The position numbers and the translations under genes are program-made. A stretch of DNA of 64,000 nt from NCBI GenBank assembly GCA_016124645.1, contig WGNE01000005.1:6103-70102 (forward strand), written 5' to 3'. The notes under the pieces are model-generated. The model made no database searches, had not been told where the DNA came from, and was given only the letters and a program-made list of their open reading frames with translations. This DNA comes from Alphaproteobacteria bacterium. Lineage in GTDB: Bacteria > Pseudomonadota > Alphaproteobacteria > Micavibrionales > UBA2020. Each line of letters opens with the position of its first letter. Position 1 is the first letter of the stretch. Below, one piece after another: positions 1 through 10,200 of this stretch.

Positions 1-2
1 AG

Positions 3-2690
3 CGCCTGATGAAGGGCATCGAGGAGGTTTCCACGATGAACGTCGCGCGCGGCACGGAAAGCATCCTGCGCCTGACCAGCGCGGTGCTGGAAAAATACAC
101 GGAGAAAAAACGCTCCCTCAACCTTTTGGATTACGACGATCTCGTCTATCACGCCAACAAGATGATGACGGGCGACAACGCCGCGGGCTGGGCGCTGCAA
201 AAGCTGCCGGGCAACCTCAAGCACATCCTCGTCGATGAAGCGCAGGACACCAACCCCGACCAGTGGCACCTCATCACCGCGATTGCGACCGAGTTCTTCA
301 CCAACGCCGAGCGCAAGAAGGCGAAGGACAGCACGATCTTCGTCGTCGGCGACGAAAAACAGTCCATCTTCAGCTTCCAGCGGGCGGACCCCAAGGAATT
401 CGCGGCGCGCAAAAAACTGTTTTCCGACCTCGTCAAGAAGGCGGGCGGCAAGTGGCGCGAAGTGGAAATGGAAATCGCCTTCCGCTCCAGCCCCGCCATC
501 ACCCGCGCGGTGGATGCGGTCTTCGCCAACCCCGAGGCCTCCGACGGCTTGTTCTCCAAGGAAGACGCGGACAAGAAACAGGTCCGCCACGACCCCTTCC
601 GCCGCGGACAGGCGGGCGTGGTCGAGGTTCACCCCGTGCTGCGCGGCGAAACGGCCGAGCCGGACAAGCCCTGGACCCTGCCGCTGAAGATGGAGGCGGG
701 CAACGACCCCGCCGCCGAGCTCGCCGACAAGATCGCCGATCAGGTCAAGGAATGGCTGGACAGCGGCGAGACGCTGCCCTCGCGCAACCGCCCGATCAAC
801 CCGGCGGACATCCTCATCCTGGTGCGCCGCCGCTCGGCCTTCGTCGATCACATGGTGCGCGCGCTGAAAAAGCGCGACATTCCCGTCGCGGGCGCGGACC
901 GCATGTCCCTGCGCGAGCAGATCGCGGTCATGGACCTCGTCGCGCTGGGCGAAACGCTCTTGTTCCCGAAGGACGACTACAAGCTTGCGACGGTGCTGAA
1001 AAGCCCGCTCATCGGCATGAACGACCAGCAGCTCGAGGACATCGCCGTCGGCCGCACGGGCGAATTGTGGGACGCGCTGAAGGAGAAATCCGAAGACCCG
1101 AAGGCGCACAAGGTTTATAAGGCTGCCTTCGATTACCTGTCCGGGCTCAAGACCAACCTGAACGCGGAGCGGCCTTACGAATTCTATTCCTCCATCCTCA
1201 TGAACGGCTGCCCGGGCGACCCCAATTCGGGGCTGAACGCCATGTACGGGCGTCTCGGCTTCGAGGCCGAAGACCCGATGGTCGAGTTCATGAACGCGGT
1301 CGAGCGTTTTGAGCGCATCCATGTGCCTTCGCTTCAAGGGTTTTTGGCTTGGCTCGACGCGGGCGAGGCGGAGGTGAAGCGCGAGCTGAACCTCAACCCC
1401 GAAACGCCACGCGTGCATATCATGACGGTCCACGGGGCGAAGGGGCTGGAAGCGCCCGTCGTCATTCTGCCCGATACCACCGGCGTGCCCGGCGACAACT
1501 CGCGCGCGCGCCCGAAATTCCTCTGGCCCGACAACGACCGGCCCGTGCCGCTCTGGGTGCCGCGCGCCGACCTTGAAAGCAAGGCCTTCACGCGCGAGCG
1601 CGAACAGGCCGAGCTGGAGCGCGACCGCGAATTCCGTCGGCTTTTGTACGTCGCCATGACCCGCGCGGCGGACAGGCTCTACGTCTATGGCTACCAGAAT
1701 TCCGACCGCAAGATGGAAAAGAGCTGGTATTCGCTCATCCGCAAGGGCATGCAGCAATACCTGAAGGACGAGGTCAAGCATATCGCCGCCCCCGCGAACG
1801 ACAACAAGTCGTCCAAGCCCGCCGCCGCCTTCGACAAGGCCGCTGGAAAGAAAACCCCGGACGAAGACGGCATCGAGGACGGTATTCAGGACGACGGCAC
1901 AGACATCCTGCGCTTCGGCCAGCGCCAGACCGCCCGCCCGCGCCCCGACGGCGTGCAGCCCGTGGGCAAGACCCGCGTGGTCGGCATTCCCGCATGGGCG
2001 CGCAACGCGCCGGAAAAAGCCGCGCAGGAGCCGGTGGGCAAGTTCCGCCCCTCCGAATACAAGGCGAGCAACGACAATTACGGCGCGCCTTCCCCGCTGG
2101 AAGGGGCGAAGGAAACCTATCTGCGCCAGCTGGGCACGGTCATCCACGAATTGTTCGAGTTCCTGCCCTCCCTGCCGCCGGAAGAGCGCGAGGAAGCGGC
2201 CAGGAAGCACCTCGCCAAGCCGGGCTGGAAGCTTTCGCCGGAAGATCAGGCGACTTCCGTCAAGCAGGTCATGTCGATTTTGAACGACCCCGAGTTCGGC
2301 GCGCTCTTCGGCCCCAACTCGCGCGCGGAGGTTTCCATCACCGGGTTGTTCGAGCAGGACGGCAAGCGCCAGATGATGTCCGGCCAGATCGACCGCCTCG
2401 TCGTGGACGACAAGACCGTTCTGGTCGTGGACTTCAAGAACAGCCGCAAGGTGCCGCAAAAGGTGAGCGAGGTGCAATACAAGTACATCGTCCAGCTCGC
2501 GGCCTACCGTTTGGCCCTGCAGGAGATTTACCCCGACAAGGAAATCAAGTGCGCGCTGCTCTATACCCGCGAATCCAAGCTGCTGCCGGTGCCTAACGAC
2601 AAGCTGGAGGCCGCGCTGAAGAAGATCGGCCTGAAGCCCGCGCCGCGTCAGGACGGCAAAAAACCTTCCCAAAAAGGCCCGAAACCCTGA
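3..2690 (+). CDS. addA: AddA-type UvrD-family helicase/PD-(D/E)xK nuclease, 5'-partial
   Basis: SF1A motifs ILVDEAQDT, VGDEKQSIFSFQRAD, MTVHGAKGLE and LLYVAMTRA; C-terminal nuclease GQIDRL..VVDFK. The frame is open to the window edge and the Walker A motif is missing, so the N-terminus lies outside the window. Confidence 0.9.
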   Translation, partial: RLMKGIEEVSTMNVARGTESILRLTSAVLEKYTEKKRSLNLLDYDDLVYHANKMMTGDNAAGWALQKLPGNLKHILVDEAQDTNPDQWHLITAIATEFFTNAERKKAKDSTIFVVGDEKQSIFSFQRADPKEFAARKKLFSDLVKKAGGKWREVEMEIAFRSSPAITRAVDAVFANPEASDGLFSKEDADKKQVRHDPFRRGQAGVVEVHPVLRGETAEPDKPWTLPLKMEAGNDPAAELADKIADQVKEWLDSGETLPSRNRPINPADILILVRRRSAFVDHMVRALKKRDIPVAGADRMSLREQIAVMDLVALGETLLFPKDDYKLATVLKSPLIGMNDQQLEDIAVGRTGELWDALKEKSEDPKAHKVYKAAFDYLSGLKTNLNAERPYEFYSSILMNGCPGDPNSGLNAMYGRLGFEAEDPMVEFMNAVERFERIHVPSLQGFLAWLDAGEAEVKRELNLNPETPRVHIMTVHGAKGLEAPVVILPDTTGVPGDNSRARPKFLWPDNDRPVPLWVPRADLESKAFTREREQAELERDREFRRLLYVAMTRAADRLYVYGYQNSDRKMEKSWYSLIRKGMQQYLKDEVKHIAAPANDNKSSKPAAAFDKAAGKKTPDEDGIEDGIQDDGTDILRFGQRQTARPRPDGVQPVGKTRVVGIPAWARNAPEKAAQEPVGKFRPSEYKASNDNYGAPSPLEGAKETYLRQLGTVIHELFEFLPSLPPEEREEAARKHLAKPGWKLSPEDQATSVKQVMSILNDPEFGALFGPNSRAEVSITGLFEQDGKRQMMSGQIDRLVVDDKTVLVVDFKNSRKVPQKVSEVQYKYIVQLAAYRLALQEIYPDKEIKCALLYTRESKLLPVPNDKLEAALKKIGLKPAPRQDGKKPSQKGPKP

Positions 2691-2748
2691 TAATCCGGGT
2701 ACGGGCGGGCCAAACCGCCCGGCCACACCGGATGAAAGGGATTCAAAT

Positions 2749-3618
2749 ATGACAGAGCGTCTCGGCTTTATCGGCCCCGGCATCATGGGGCTGCCCATGG
2801 CGATGAACCTGCGCCGCGCGGGGCACGGAATTTCCGTCTATGCGCGCAGCAAGGACAAGGCCGCCCCGCTGTTCGACGAAGGCGCCGCCTTTTGCAGCAG
2901 CCCGAAGGAAGTCGCGGAAAAATCCGACATCGTCTTCATTTGCGTTTCCGACACGCCCGACGTGGACGAGGTGATTTTCGGCGCGAACGGCCTCGTGCAC
3001 GGCGCGAAGCCCGGCGGCGTCATCGTGGATATGAGCACGATCTCCCCCGAAAGCACGCGCCGCTTCGCGCTGGAGCTTGAGAAAAAGAACATCGACATGC
3101 TCGACGCCCCGATCTCCGGCGGGGAAGGCGGGGCCATCGCCGGCACGCTTTCCATCATGGTCGGCGGCAAGCCCGAGGTTTTCGAGCGGGTGAAGCCCTA
3201 TTTCGAGGTCATGGGCAAGAACATCGTCCTCGTCGGCGACAACGGCGCGGGGCAGGTCACCAAATCCTGCAACCAGGTGGTCGTCGCCGTCACCATCGAG
3301 GGCGTGGCGGAGGCGCTGAAACTGGCCGAGAAAAGCGGCGTCGATGGCAAGAAAGTGCGCGAGGCGCTGCTGGGCGGCTTCGCCGGCAGCAAGATACTGG
3401 AAGTGCACGGCAAGCGCATGCTGGAAGGTGACTACAAGCCGGGCTTCATGGCGCGGCTGCACCGCAAGGACATGGGCATCGTTCTGGACGCCGCGGCCAA
3501 GCTCGGCCTCGACCTGCCCGCGGCGACGCTGGCCACCCTGAACCTCGACGCCGTCATCAAGAACGGCGACGGCGCGCTCGACAGCGCGGCGATTTTCCGG
3601 GTGCTGGGGAAGGATTAG
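2749..3618 (+). CDS. NAD(P)-dependent beta-hydroxyacid dehydrogenase (2-hydroxy-3-oxopropionate reductase / 3-hydroxyisobutyrate dehydrogenase family)
   Basis: GFIGPGIMGLPMA Rossmann motif, DAPISGG, LSIMVGG, catalytic Lys in GQVTKSCNQ. Confidence 0.9.
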   Translation: MTERLGFIGPGIMGLPMAMNLRRAGHGISVYARSKDKAAPLFDEGAAFCSSPKEVAEKSDIVFICVSDTPDVDEVIFGANGLVHGAKPGGVIVDMSTISPESTRRFALELEKKNIDMLDAPISGGEGGAIAGTLSIMVGGKPEVFERVKPYFEVMGKNIVLVGDNGAGQVTKSCNQVVVAVTIEGVAEALKLAEKSGVDGKKVREALLGGFAGSKILEVHGKRMLEGDYKPGFMARLHRKDMGIVLDAAAKLGLDLPAATLATLNLDAVIKNGDGALDSAAIFRVLGKD

Positions 3619-4247
3619 CGACGGGGCTTCGGCGCGACCGAGACGGCGGGCGCCGAAAAAGCCGGCTGTTGCTGCATCGGCGGGGACGGCGCCCACATCT
3701 GCACCTCTATATACCGCCCGCCTTTCAGGTAGTCGCTGGAGACGCCTTCTTTCTCGACGATCTTTTCGACCTGCCGCGCCGTCAGAACCGCGAGGCGCAG
3801 GGGATGGTCGTCGCGCTCGGGCCCCAGAAAGTTGCCCATGCTGTCGCCGACGGTGAAGGAGAAGACGGAAAGGTCAATCTGCTCCGCGGGGATGGACAGG
3901 ACTTTGCGTCCGTCGTTCAGGGTGCTGTCCTGCGGTTCCTTGGTCAGGGTAAAATAGACGGGGTTTTGCTTGCGGATGTCGATGCCTTCCTGCCGTGCCG
4001 TTTGGCGCAGCCAGTCCTCGACCTCGCGCCGCTTGTCCAGATAGGCTTCCTGTCCGCCGCTACCGTCGCCCACGCTGCGGCATGGCGCGAACTTGGAGCA
4101 GAACTCGACGGCGGTGGCGGCTTGCTGGTCGGTGACGACGGCGAAGGGCTCGGCATTCCCGTGATAGACGCGGGTCAGGTAATACCCTGCAAGGGGGGAA
4201 TCGTCAGGTGAGGATGAGCCTTTGTCTGTCACGCTTCGTTCCCGCAA
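3615..4247 (-). CDS. Conserved hypothetical protein (about 205-210 aa, start uncertain)
   Basis: Protein-like composition with motifs YLDKRREVEDWL, NPVYFTL, FSFTVGDS and YIEVQMW; stop overlaps the convergent gene's stop; AT-rich upstream region. Confidence 0.75.
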   Translation of the reverse strand: MRERSVTDKGSSSPDDSPLAGYYLTRVYHGNAEPFAVVTDQQAATAVEFCSKFAPCRSVGDGSGGQEAYLDKRREVEDWLRQTARQEGIDIRKQNPVYFTLTKEPQDSTLNDGRKVLSIPAEQIDLSVFSFTVGDSMGNFLGPERDDHPLRLAVLTARQVEKIVEKEGVSSDYLKGGRYIEVQMWAPSPPMQQQPAFSAPAVSVAPKPRR

Positions 4248-4334
4248 ATCCGCAATAAAAACCGAGTACCTATGATACCACGATTTCCCGGATTATGACA
4301 GCTTTCGGGAGTTAAAGTACTGATAATAAATGAT

Positions 4335-4721
4335 TTACTTGCGCTTGCGCTCCATGACGACGCCGAGGCTGCCGACCCCCGTCAGCAGGGATTTTTCCGG
4401 CGCGAAAGGTTTCAGTTTCTCGATCGTCAGCTTCATGGATTTGGCGCGCTTGTCTTTCGCCAGCGCGTCCAGAATGTCGTCCGCCATGGTTTCCAGCAAA
4501 TCGTAATGCCGCGCGTTCACGGTGTCCTTGATCGTCTTCACCGCCTCGCCGTAGCACATGATGTCGCCGATTTTCTCCTTCGCGCCTTTCTTGCCGCTGC
4601 GGGCATAGGTGACCTCGAGGTTGAAGCGCACGGGCTGCTTGCCCTTTTTCTCCTGCGGGTGGATGCCCGCGCGCACGTTCATCTTGAGGTCGCGCACGAA
4701 AATGGTGCAGGTGTCGGTCAT
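4335..4721 (-). CDS. folB: Dihydroneopterin aldolase
   Basis: IFVRDL..AGIHPQEK..QPVRFNL, CYGE, DLLETMA, KLTIEK pattern; ATGA overlap with ruvX. Confidence 0.8.
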   Translation of the reverse strand: MTDTCTIFVRDLKMNVRAGIHPQEKKGKQPVRFNLEVTYARSGKKGAKEKIGDIMCYGEAVKTIKDTVNARHYDLLETMADDILDALAKDKRAKSMKLTIEKLKPFAPEKSLLTGVGSLGVVMERKRK

Positions 4722-5230
4722 TCGTTTTCTCCGTTTTCACTGGCGGGGGCCGGTCTGTTCAGCGCGTCGAGCGCGCCCTGCAGTATATGCGCGGCGGCCA
4801 TGGCGTCGATGATTTCCTTGCGCTTGCCGCGCTTCATGTCGAGGTCGTCGATGAGCAATTGCTCCGCCGCATGGGTCGAAAGCCGCTCGTCGAAAAAGGC
4901 GATGACGGGTTCGAACCCTAATTGTTCTTTTTCTTTCAACAGGTTAAACCCGAAGTGGCGGACCGATTGCGCGCGCGGCCCTTCGCTGTCGTCCATGTTG
5001 AGCGGCAGGCCGATGATGAAACCGCCGACCTCGTATTCCTTGCACAGCGCCGCGAGCTCGCGCAAATTTTCCGTAAATTTCGTGCGCCGGATGGTCTTCA
5101 AGGGGGTCGCTATGGTCAGGCCGGGATCGGCCAGCGCCAGCCCCCAGGTCTTGCTGCCGTGGTCGATGCCCAAAAGCCGCGTTTTGGCGGGCAGGGCCGT
5201 TTTGAGTTCTTTTATTGCGACAATCGCCAT
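4718..5230 (-). CDS. ruvX: Holliday junction resolvase-like / pre-16S rRNA nuclease RuvX (YqgF)
   Basis: LLGIDHGSKTWGLA, IIGLPLNMD, FDERLST, IDAMAAAHILQ; start trimmed to the ATG at 5230. Confidence 0.93.
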   Translation of the reverse strand: MAIVAIKELKTALPAKTRLLGIDHGSKTWGLALADPGLTIATPLKTIRRTKFTENLRELAALCKEYEVGGFIIGLPLNMDDSEGPRAQSVRHFGFNLLKEKEQLGFEPVIAFFDERLSTHAAEQLLIDDLDMKRGKRKEIIDAMAAAHILQGALDALNRPAPASENGENE

Positions 5231-5272
5231 GCTAATTTCTTTAGCTGAATTATCTGAATAAGGAAACTGGTA

Positions 5273-5560
5273 ATGTCCATCGATAAAGAAACAGTCGGCA
5301 AAATCGCAAGGCTCGCCCGCATCAAGGTGACGGAGGACGACAAAGAGGTTCTGGCCGGCGAACTCACCAATATCCTCACCATGATCGAGGAGCTCAACGC
5401 CGTGGACACCAAGGGTGTGGAGCCGATGACCAGCGTGGTGCAGATGCAATTGCACGAGCGCGCGGACGAAGTGACCGACGGCGGCATCCCCGAAAAAATT
5501 CTGAAAAACGCGCCGGAGGAAACGGCGGGGTTTTTCGTCGTGCCCAAGGTCGTGGAATAG
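5273..5560 (+). CDS. gatC: Asp/Glu-tRNA amidotransferase subunit C
   Basis: KIARLARI, VDTKGVEPM, NAPE..GFFVVPKVVE; lies upstream of gatA. Confidence 0.96.
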   Translation: MSIDKETVGKIARLARIKVTEDDKEVLAGELTNILTMIEELNAVDTKGVEPMTSVVQMQLHERADEVTDGGIPEKILKNAPEETAGFFVVPKVVE

Positions 5561-5651
5561 ACATATCCGCGCCGGAAACCGCATTTAAGGGCATGTTATT
5601 CCTACGGATAACGGCTATAGTTTTTATAGAGACACTGAACGGACGAACCCC

Positions 5652-7136
5652 ATGACGAACCTCACCCATCTCACCATCCGCGCCGCGCTGGACGGGCTGG
5701 AGAAAAAAGACTTCACCGCGACCGAGCTGGTGGACGCCCATATCGCCGCCGCCGAGGCCGCGCGCGGGCTCAACTGCTTCATCACCGAAACCTTCGATGC
5801 GGCCCGCGAACAGGCGAAGGCGGCCGATGAGCGCTACGCCAAGGGCGAGGCCCTGCCGCTGGACGGCATCCCCGTCGCCATGAAAGACTTGTTCTGCACC
5901 GAAGGCGTGCAGACCACGGCGGCCAGCAAGATCCTCGAAGGTTTCAAGCCGCCCTATGAATCGACCGTTTCCGGCCAGATGAAGCGCGACGGCGCGATCA
6001 CCCTTGGCAAGGCCAACCTCGACGAATTCGCGATGGGGTCTTCCAACGGCACCTCCGCCTTCGGCGGGGTCGTCAACCCGTGGAAGCGCAAGGGCGACAA
6101 CCGCGACCTCGTGCCCGGCGGTTCTTCCGGCGGCTCGGCCGCGGCGGTGGCCGCGCGCATCGCGATGGGCGCGACGGGAACGGATACGGGCGGCTCCATC
6201 CGCCAGCCCGCGGCCTTCTGCGGCATCACCGGCATCAAGCCGACCTACGGGCGCTGCTCGCGCTTCGGCGTCATCGCCTTCGCCTCCTCCCTCGACCAGC
6301 CGGGGCCCTTCGGCCGCACGGCGGAAGATTGCGCGCTGCTGCTCAAATCCATGGCGGGGTATGATGCGAAAGATTCAACCTCCGTCAACGCCCCCGTTCC
6401 CGATTACGCGGCCAGCATCGGCCAGAGCGTGAAGGGGCTGAAAGTCGGCGTGCCGAAAGAATACCGGGTCGAGGGCACGAACGAGGAAATCATCGCGCTC
6501 TGGGACAAGGGCGTGGAGATGCTGAAAGACGCCGGCGCGGAAATCGTCGATGTTTCCCTGCCGCATACCAAATACGCGCTGCAGACCTATTACGTCATCG
6601 CGCCCGCGGAATGCTCTTCCAACCTCGCGCGTTACGACGGGGTGCGCTTCGGCCTTCGGGTCGAGGGCGACAACCTCATCGACACCTACGAGAACACGCG
6701 CGCGCAGGGTTTCGGCGCGGAAGTGCGCCGCCGCATCCTCATCGGCACCTATGTGCTTTCGGCGGGATATTACGATGCCTATTACAATCAGGCGCGCCGC
6801 GTGCGCAAGCTCATCTGGCAGGACTTCATCGACGCCTACAAGCAATGCGACGTGCTGCTGACCCCGACCGCGCCTACGCCGGCCTTCGCCATCGGCGAGA
6901 ACCTGCAGGACCCGGTGACGATGTACCTCAACGACATCTTCACCATCCCGGCTTCCATGGCGGGCATGCCCGGCATGTCGCTGCCCGTGGGCCTTTCCGC
7001 CGACGGGCTGCCGCTCGGCCTGCAGCTCATCGGCCAGCCCTTCGCGGAGGAAACGCTGTTCAAGGCGGCTTCCGCGCTGGAAAAAGCCGCGAATTTCACC
7101 GACCTGCCCCAGACCCTGATGGGCAAGGCGGCGTAA
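5652..7136 (+). CDS. gatA: Asp/Glu-tRNA amidotransferase subunit A
   Basis: Amidase signature [33 protein letters not shown]. Confidence 0.97.
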   Translation: MTNLTHLTIRAALDGLEKKDFTATELVDAHIAAAEAARGLNCFITETFDAAREQAKAADERYAKGEALPLDGIPVAMKDLFCTEGVQTTAASKILEGFKPPYESTVSGQMKRDGAITLGKANLDEFAMGSSNGTSAFGGVVNPWKRKGDNRDLVPGGSSGGSAAAVAARIAMGATGTDTGGSIRQPAAFCGITGIKPTYGRCSRFGVIAFASSLDQPGPFGRTAEDCALLLKSMAGYDAKDSTSVNAPVPDYAASIGQSVKGLKVGVPKEYRVEGTNEEIIALWDKGVEMLKDAGAEIVDVSLPHTKYALQTYYVIAPAECSSNLARYDGVRFGLRVEGDNLIDTYENTRAQGFGAEVRRRILIGTYVLSAGYYDAYYNQARRVRKLIWQDFIDAYKQCDVLLTPTAPTPAFAIGENLQDPVTMYLNDIFTIPASMAGMPGMSLPVGLSADGLPLGLQLIGQPFAEETLFKAASALEKAANFTDLPQTLMGKAA

Positions 7137-7158
7137 GGATTTATTGGAGTACAAGACA

Positions 7159-8613
7159 ATGACGGCACTTCTTAAAGGGGAAACGGGCGACTGGGAAATG
7201 GTCATCGGGCTCGAGGTCCATGCGCAGGTCCTGACCAAGTCCAAGCTTTTCTCCGGCGCCTCGGCCGAATTCGGCGGCGCGCCCAACACCCACGTCAGCC
7301 CCGTCGATGCGGGCATGCCGGGCATGCTGCCCGTCATCAACAAGGAATGCGTGAAAAAAGCGGTGATGACCGGGCTCGGCCTGAACGCGAAGATCAACAA
7401 CGTTTCGGTCTTCGAGCGCAAGAACTATTTCTATCCCGACCTGCCGCAGGGCTACCAGATCTCGCAGTACCAGCACCCCATCGTGGGCGAGGGCAGCATC
7501 GAGATCGACCTGCCCGACGGCTCGGTCAAGGTGGTGGGCATCGAACGGCTCCATCTGGAGCAGGACGCGGGCAAATCGCTGCACGACCAGCACCCGCAGA
7601 AAAGCTACGTCGATCTCAACCGCTCGGGCAATCCGCTGATGGAAATCGTCTCCAAGCCCGACATGCGCAGTCCCGAGGAAGCGGGCGCCTATGTGACGAA
7701 GCTGCGCGCCATCGTGCGTTACCTCGGCACCTGCGACGGGAACATGGACGAAGGCTCCATGCGCTGCGACGTCAACGTCTCCGTGCGAAAGCCGGGGGCT
7801 GAGCTGGGCACGCGCTGCGAGATCAAGAACGTCAACTCCGTGCGCTTCGTGCAGCAGGCCATCGAGTTCGAGGCGCGCCGCCAGATCGAGATCATCGAGG
7901 GCGGCGGGGTCATCAAGCAGGAAACCCGCCTGTTCGACACCTCCAACGGCACCACGCGCTCCATGCGCTCGAAGGAAGACGCGCATGACTACCGCTACTT
8001 CCCGGACCCGGACCTGCTGCCGTTGACGGTGGAAGACGGATTCATCGAGGATATCCGCAAAACGATGCCCGAGCTGCCGGACGCGAAGAAGCAGCGCTTC
8101 ATGGACGAATACGGCCTTTCCCATCAGGACGCCAGCGTGTTGATCGGCGAGCGCGAGCGCGGCGATTTCTTCGAGAAGGTCGCCAAGGGGCATGACGCCA
8201 AGCTGGCGTCCAACTGGGTGCTGTCCGAGCTTCTGGGCGCGCTGCACAAGGCGGAGAAAGACCTGAAGGACAGCCCCGTCACCGCGGAGCAGTTGGGCGA
8301 GCTCATCGGGCTCATCGAGGACGACACGATTTCCGGCCGCATCGCTAAGGAAGTTTTCGCCGAGATGTTCGGCACCGGCAAGAACGCCGGCGACATCGTC
8401 GAGGCGCGCGGCCTGAAACAGGTGACCGACACCGGCGAGATCGAGAAAATCGTGGATGCGGTGCTGGCCGAAAACCCCGACAAGATCGAGCAATACAAGG
8501 GCGGCAAGGACAAGCTGTTCGGCTTCTTTGTCGGGCAGGTCATGAAGAAGTCGGGCGGCAAGGCCAACCCCGGCATGGTCAACGATCTTCTGAAGAAAAA
8601 ACTGGAGGCGTAA
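7159..8613 (+). CDS. gatB: Asp/Glu-tRNA amidotransferase subunit B
   Basis: [44 protein letters not shown]-terminal YqeY domain; GGAG SD before the ATG at 7159. Confidence 0.97.
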   Translation: MTALLKGETGDWEMVIGLEVHAQVLTKSKLFSGASAEFGGAPNTHVSPVDAGMPGMLPVINKECVKKAVMTGLGLNAKINNVSVFERKNYFYPDLPQGYQISQYQHPIVGEGSIEIDLPDGSVKVVGIERLHLEQDAGKSLHDQHPQKSYVDLNRSGNPLMEIVSKPDMRSPEEAGAYVTKLRAIVRYLGTCDGNMDEGSMRCDVNVSVRKPGAELGTRCEIKNVNSVRFVQQAIEFEARRQIEIIEGGGVIKQETRLFDTSNGTTRSMRSKEDAHDYRYFPDPDLLPLTVEDGFIEDIRKTMPELPDAKKQRFMDEYGLSHQDASVLIGERERGDFFEKVAKGHDAKLASNWVLSELLGALHKAEKDLKDSPVTAEQLGELIGLIEDDTISGRIAKEVFAEMFGTGKNAGDIVEARGLKQVTDTGEIEKIVDAVLAENPDKIEQYKGGKDKLFGFFVGQVMKKSGGKANPGMVNDLLKKKLEA

Positions 8614-9380
8614 TGGCGACACTGAAAGGGCCGTCCAAAGGGGCGTCGGGCGATTTGATCATCTCTCCCTCGGGGGCGCGGCGTTTCATGGTCGGCCTGT
8701 CGTGGGACGCCAAGGTGCCGAACATGGACGTCAGCATCAAGGCGCCGCCCAAGCCGGACGATACCGGCGGCAAGATCGTCTATTACCTCACCTGGCCTTT
8801 CCAGTTTCTGCGCATCTTTATCGTCTCCTTCTTCAAGCTTTTGCGCCTCGGCAGCTATTCCAAGGACATGGTGCGGGAGAAGAAGACCGACGCGCGCGAC
8901 CCCAGCATCAAGCAGTTCGACCTCGACCTTTACTGCTACATCTACGACGAGGCTTTCCAGCTCGTCGCCACCGTCGGCGCGAAGGAAGACAAGCTGATGG
9001 ACGAAAGCGGCAAGGTTTATCACACCGGCGACGACCAGAGCGGCTACGGCAGCGGCGACGACGAGCAGCTTTTCGTCGAGACGGCGGACCTGCCGGAAAA
9101 CTACCGCCATTTCTTCTTCGTCGTGAAAAGCGAGAGCAAATACAGCCTCGACGAGTTCATCAACCCCGCCGTGCGCCTCTGCGACAGCAAGACCGACGTC
9201 AATGTGCTCCACAGCACCATCATGCCCGACCCGGAAATGAAGAGGGCCTATAACTTCAGCTTCTGCCACGTCTATCGCGAGGGGGATCTCTGGCGCTTCC
9301 AGAACCTTGATACCTATACCGGGGACGGCGTGCAATGGCCCAGCTACCTGCCGGGCCTGGTCCAGAAGATGGCCGCATGA
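8613..9380 (+). CDS. TerD-family domain protein with a hydrophobic insertion
   Basis: VGLSWD, FDLDLYC, HTGDDQSGYGSGDDEQ (TerD Ca-binding-like motif), AVRLCD; TAATG overlap with gatB. Confidence 0.75.
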   Translation: MATLKGPSKGASGDLIISPSGARRFMVGLSWDAKVPNMDVSIKAPPKPDDTGGKIVYYLTWPFQFLRIFIVSFFKLLRLGSYSKDMVREKKTDARDPSIKQFDLDLYCYIYDEAFQLVATVGAKEDKLMDESGKVYHTGDDQSGYGSGDDEQLFVETADLPENYRHFFFVVKSESKYSLDEFINPAVRLCDSKTDVNVLHSTIMPDPEMKRAYNFSFCHVYREGDLWRFQNLDTYTGDGVQWPSYLPGLVQKMAA

Positions 9381-9381
9381 C

Positions 9382-10200
9382 ATGAATACGCGCCGCGCCT
9401 TCGCCCTCTATGCCCTGAACCGCAGGTGGAGCAATGCGGCGCTTTTGCGCCACCGGAACTTCGACGGGCATATCGTCTCGATGCAGCAGTCCGGCTCGCA
9501 CTGGTTGAAGAACATGCTCTCGCACGTGTTGGCGGATGTGCACGGCTTGCCGCCGGTCGGGCATATTCAGGACGACAGCATCATCGGGGGAATCAAGTCG
9601 CCGCCCGTCCACGACAATATCCCCCGCATTGTCCATTCCCACAGCATGCCGCACGCGCTGACGCTGAAACTGCCGTTCCTGCGGTACCCCGGGTACATCG
9701 TCCTGCTGCGCGACCTGCGCCATTCCCTCGTTTCCCACTACGAAAGGTTCAACGCCCTCTACGGCGGCGTCGATTTTTCGACCTATCTGCGCGGGGATGT
9801 GCGGCAAAAGACTTTTTTCAGCGATATTTGGACGCGCATCCGTTTCATGAACGAATGGGGAAGGCTGGCGCGGCAATATCCGGGCCGCGTCGCCCTTCTG
9901 CGTTATGAGGACATGCGGGAAGACGCGGCGGCGGCGGTTACGAAGGCTTGCCGCTTCTTTCGCATCGAGGGCGCGGGGCCGGAGGTCGTCCGTCGCGCCG
10001 TGGGGGACTGCGGCAAGGCGAAAATGGCGGAAAGGCAAAATCCGGCCATGGAAAACACGGTCGTCCGGCTGGGCGAAAGGCCGCCGCTGTCCAGTTATTT
10101 CACGCAGGAGAACGAAGCCTTCTTCCGCCGCACCTGCCGGGAGTACCTGACGGAGGATATGGGCTACGGCTACCTTTCCGATGGAAAGGCCCGCGCATGA
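9382..10200 (+). CDS. Sulfotransferase-domain protein
   Basis: 5'-PSB-like SMQQSGSHWLKNML, 3'-PB-like LRDLRHSLVSHY, LLRYEDM; start taken at ATG 9382. Confidence 0.75.
   Translation: MNTRRAFALYALNRRWSNAALLRHRNFDGHIVSMQQSGSHWLKNMLSHVLADVHGLPPVGHIQDDSIIGGIKSPPVHDNIPRIVHSHSMPHALTLKLPFLRYPGYIVLLRDLRHSLVSHYERFNALYGGVDFSTYLRGDVRQKTFFSDIWTRIRFMNEWGRLARQYPGRVALLRYEDMREDAAAAVTKACRFFRIEGAGPEVVRRAVGDCGKAKMAERQNPAMENTVVRLGERPPLSSYFTQENEAFFRRTCREYLTEDMGYGYLSDGKARA

Noticed and set aside
1786-1812. AAPANDN in AddA resembles the alphaproteobacterial tmRNA tag start (AANDN)
   Set aside because: It is internal and in frame within a low-complexity linker, with no tmRNA structure or terminal Ala-Ala-stop.
2703-2720. 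GGGCGG-GCCAAA-CCGCCC hairpin after addA as a terminator
   Set aside because: Short stem and no U-tract.
8613-9380. Tellurite-resistance island
   Set aside because: Only one TerD-like gene; no terA, terB, terC or terZ cluster.
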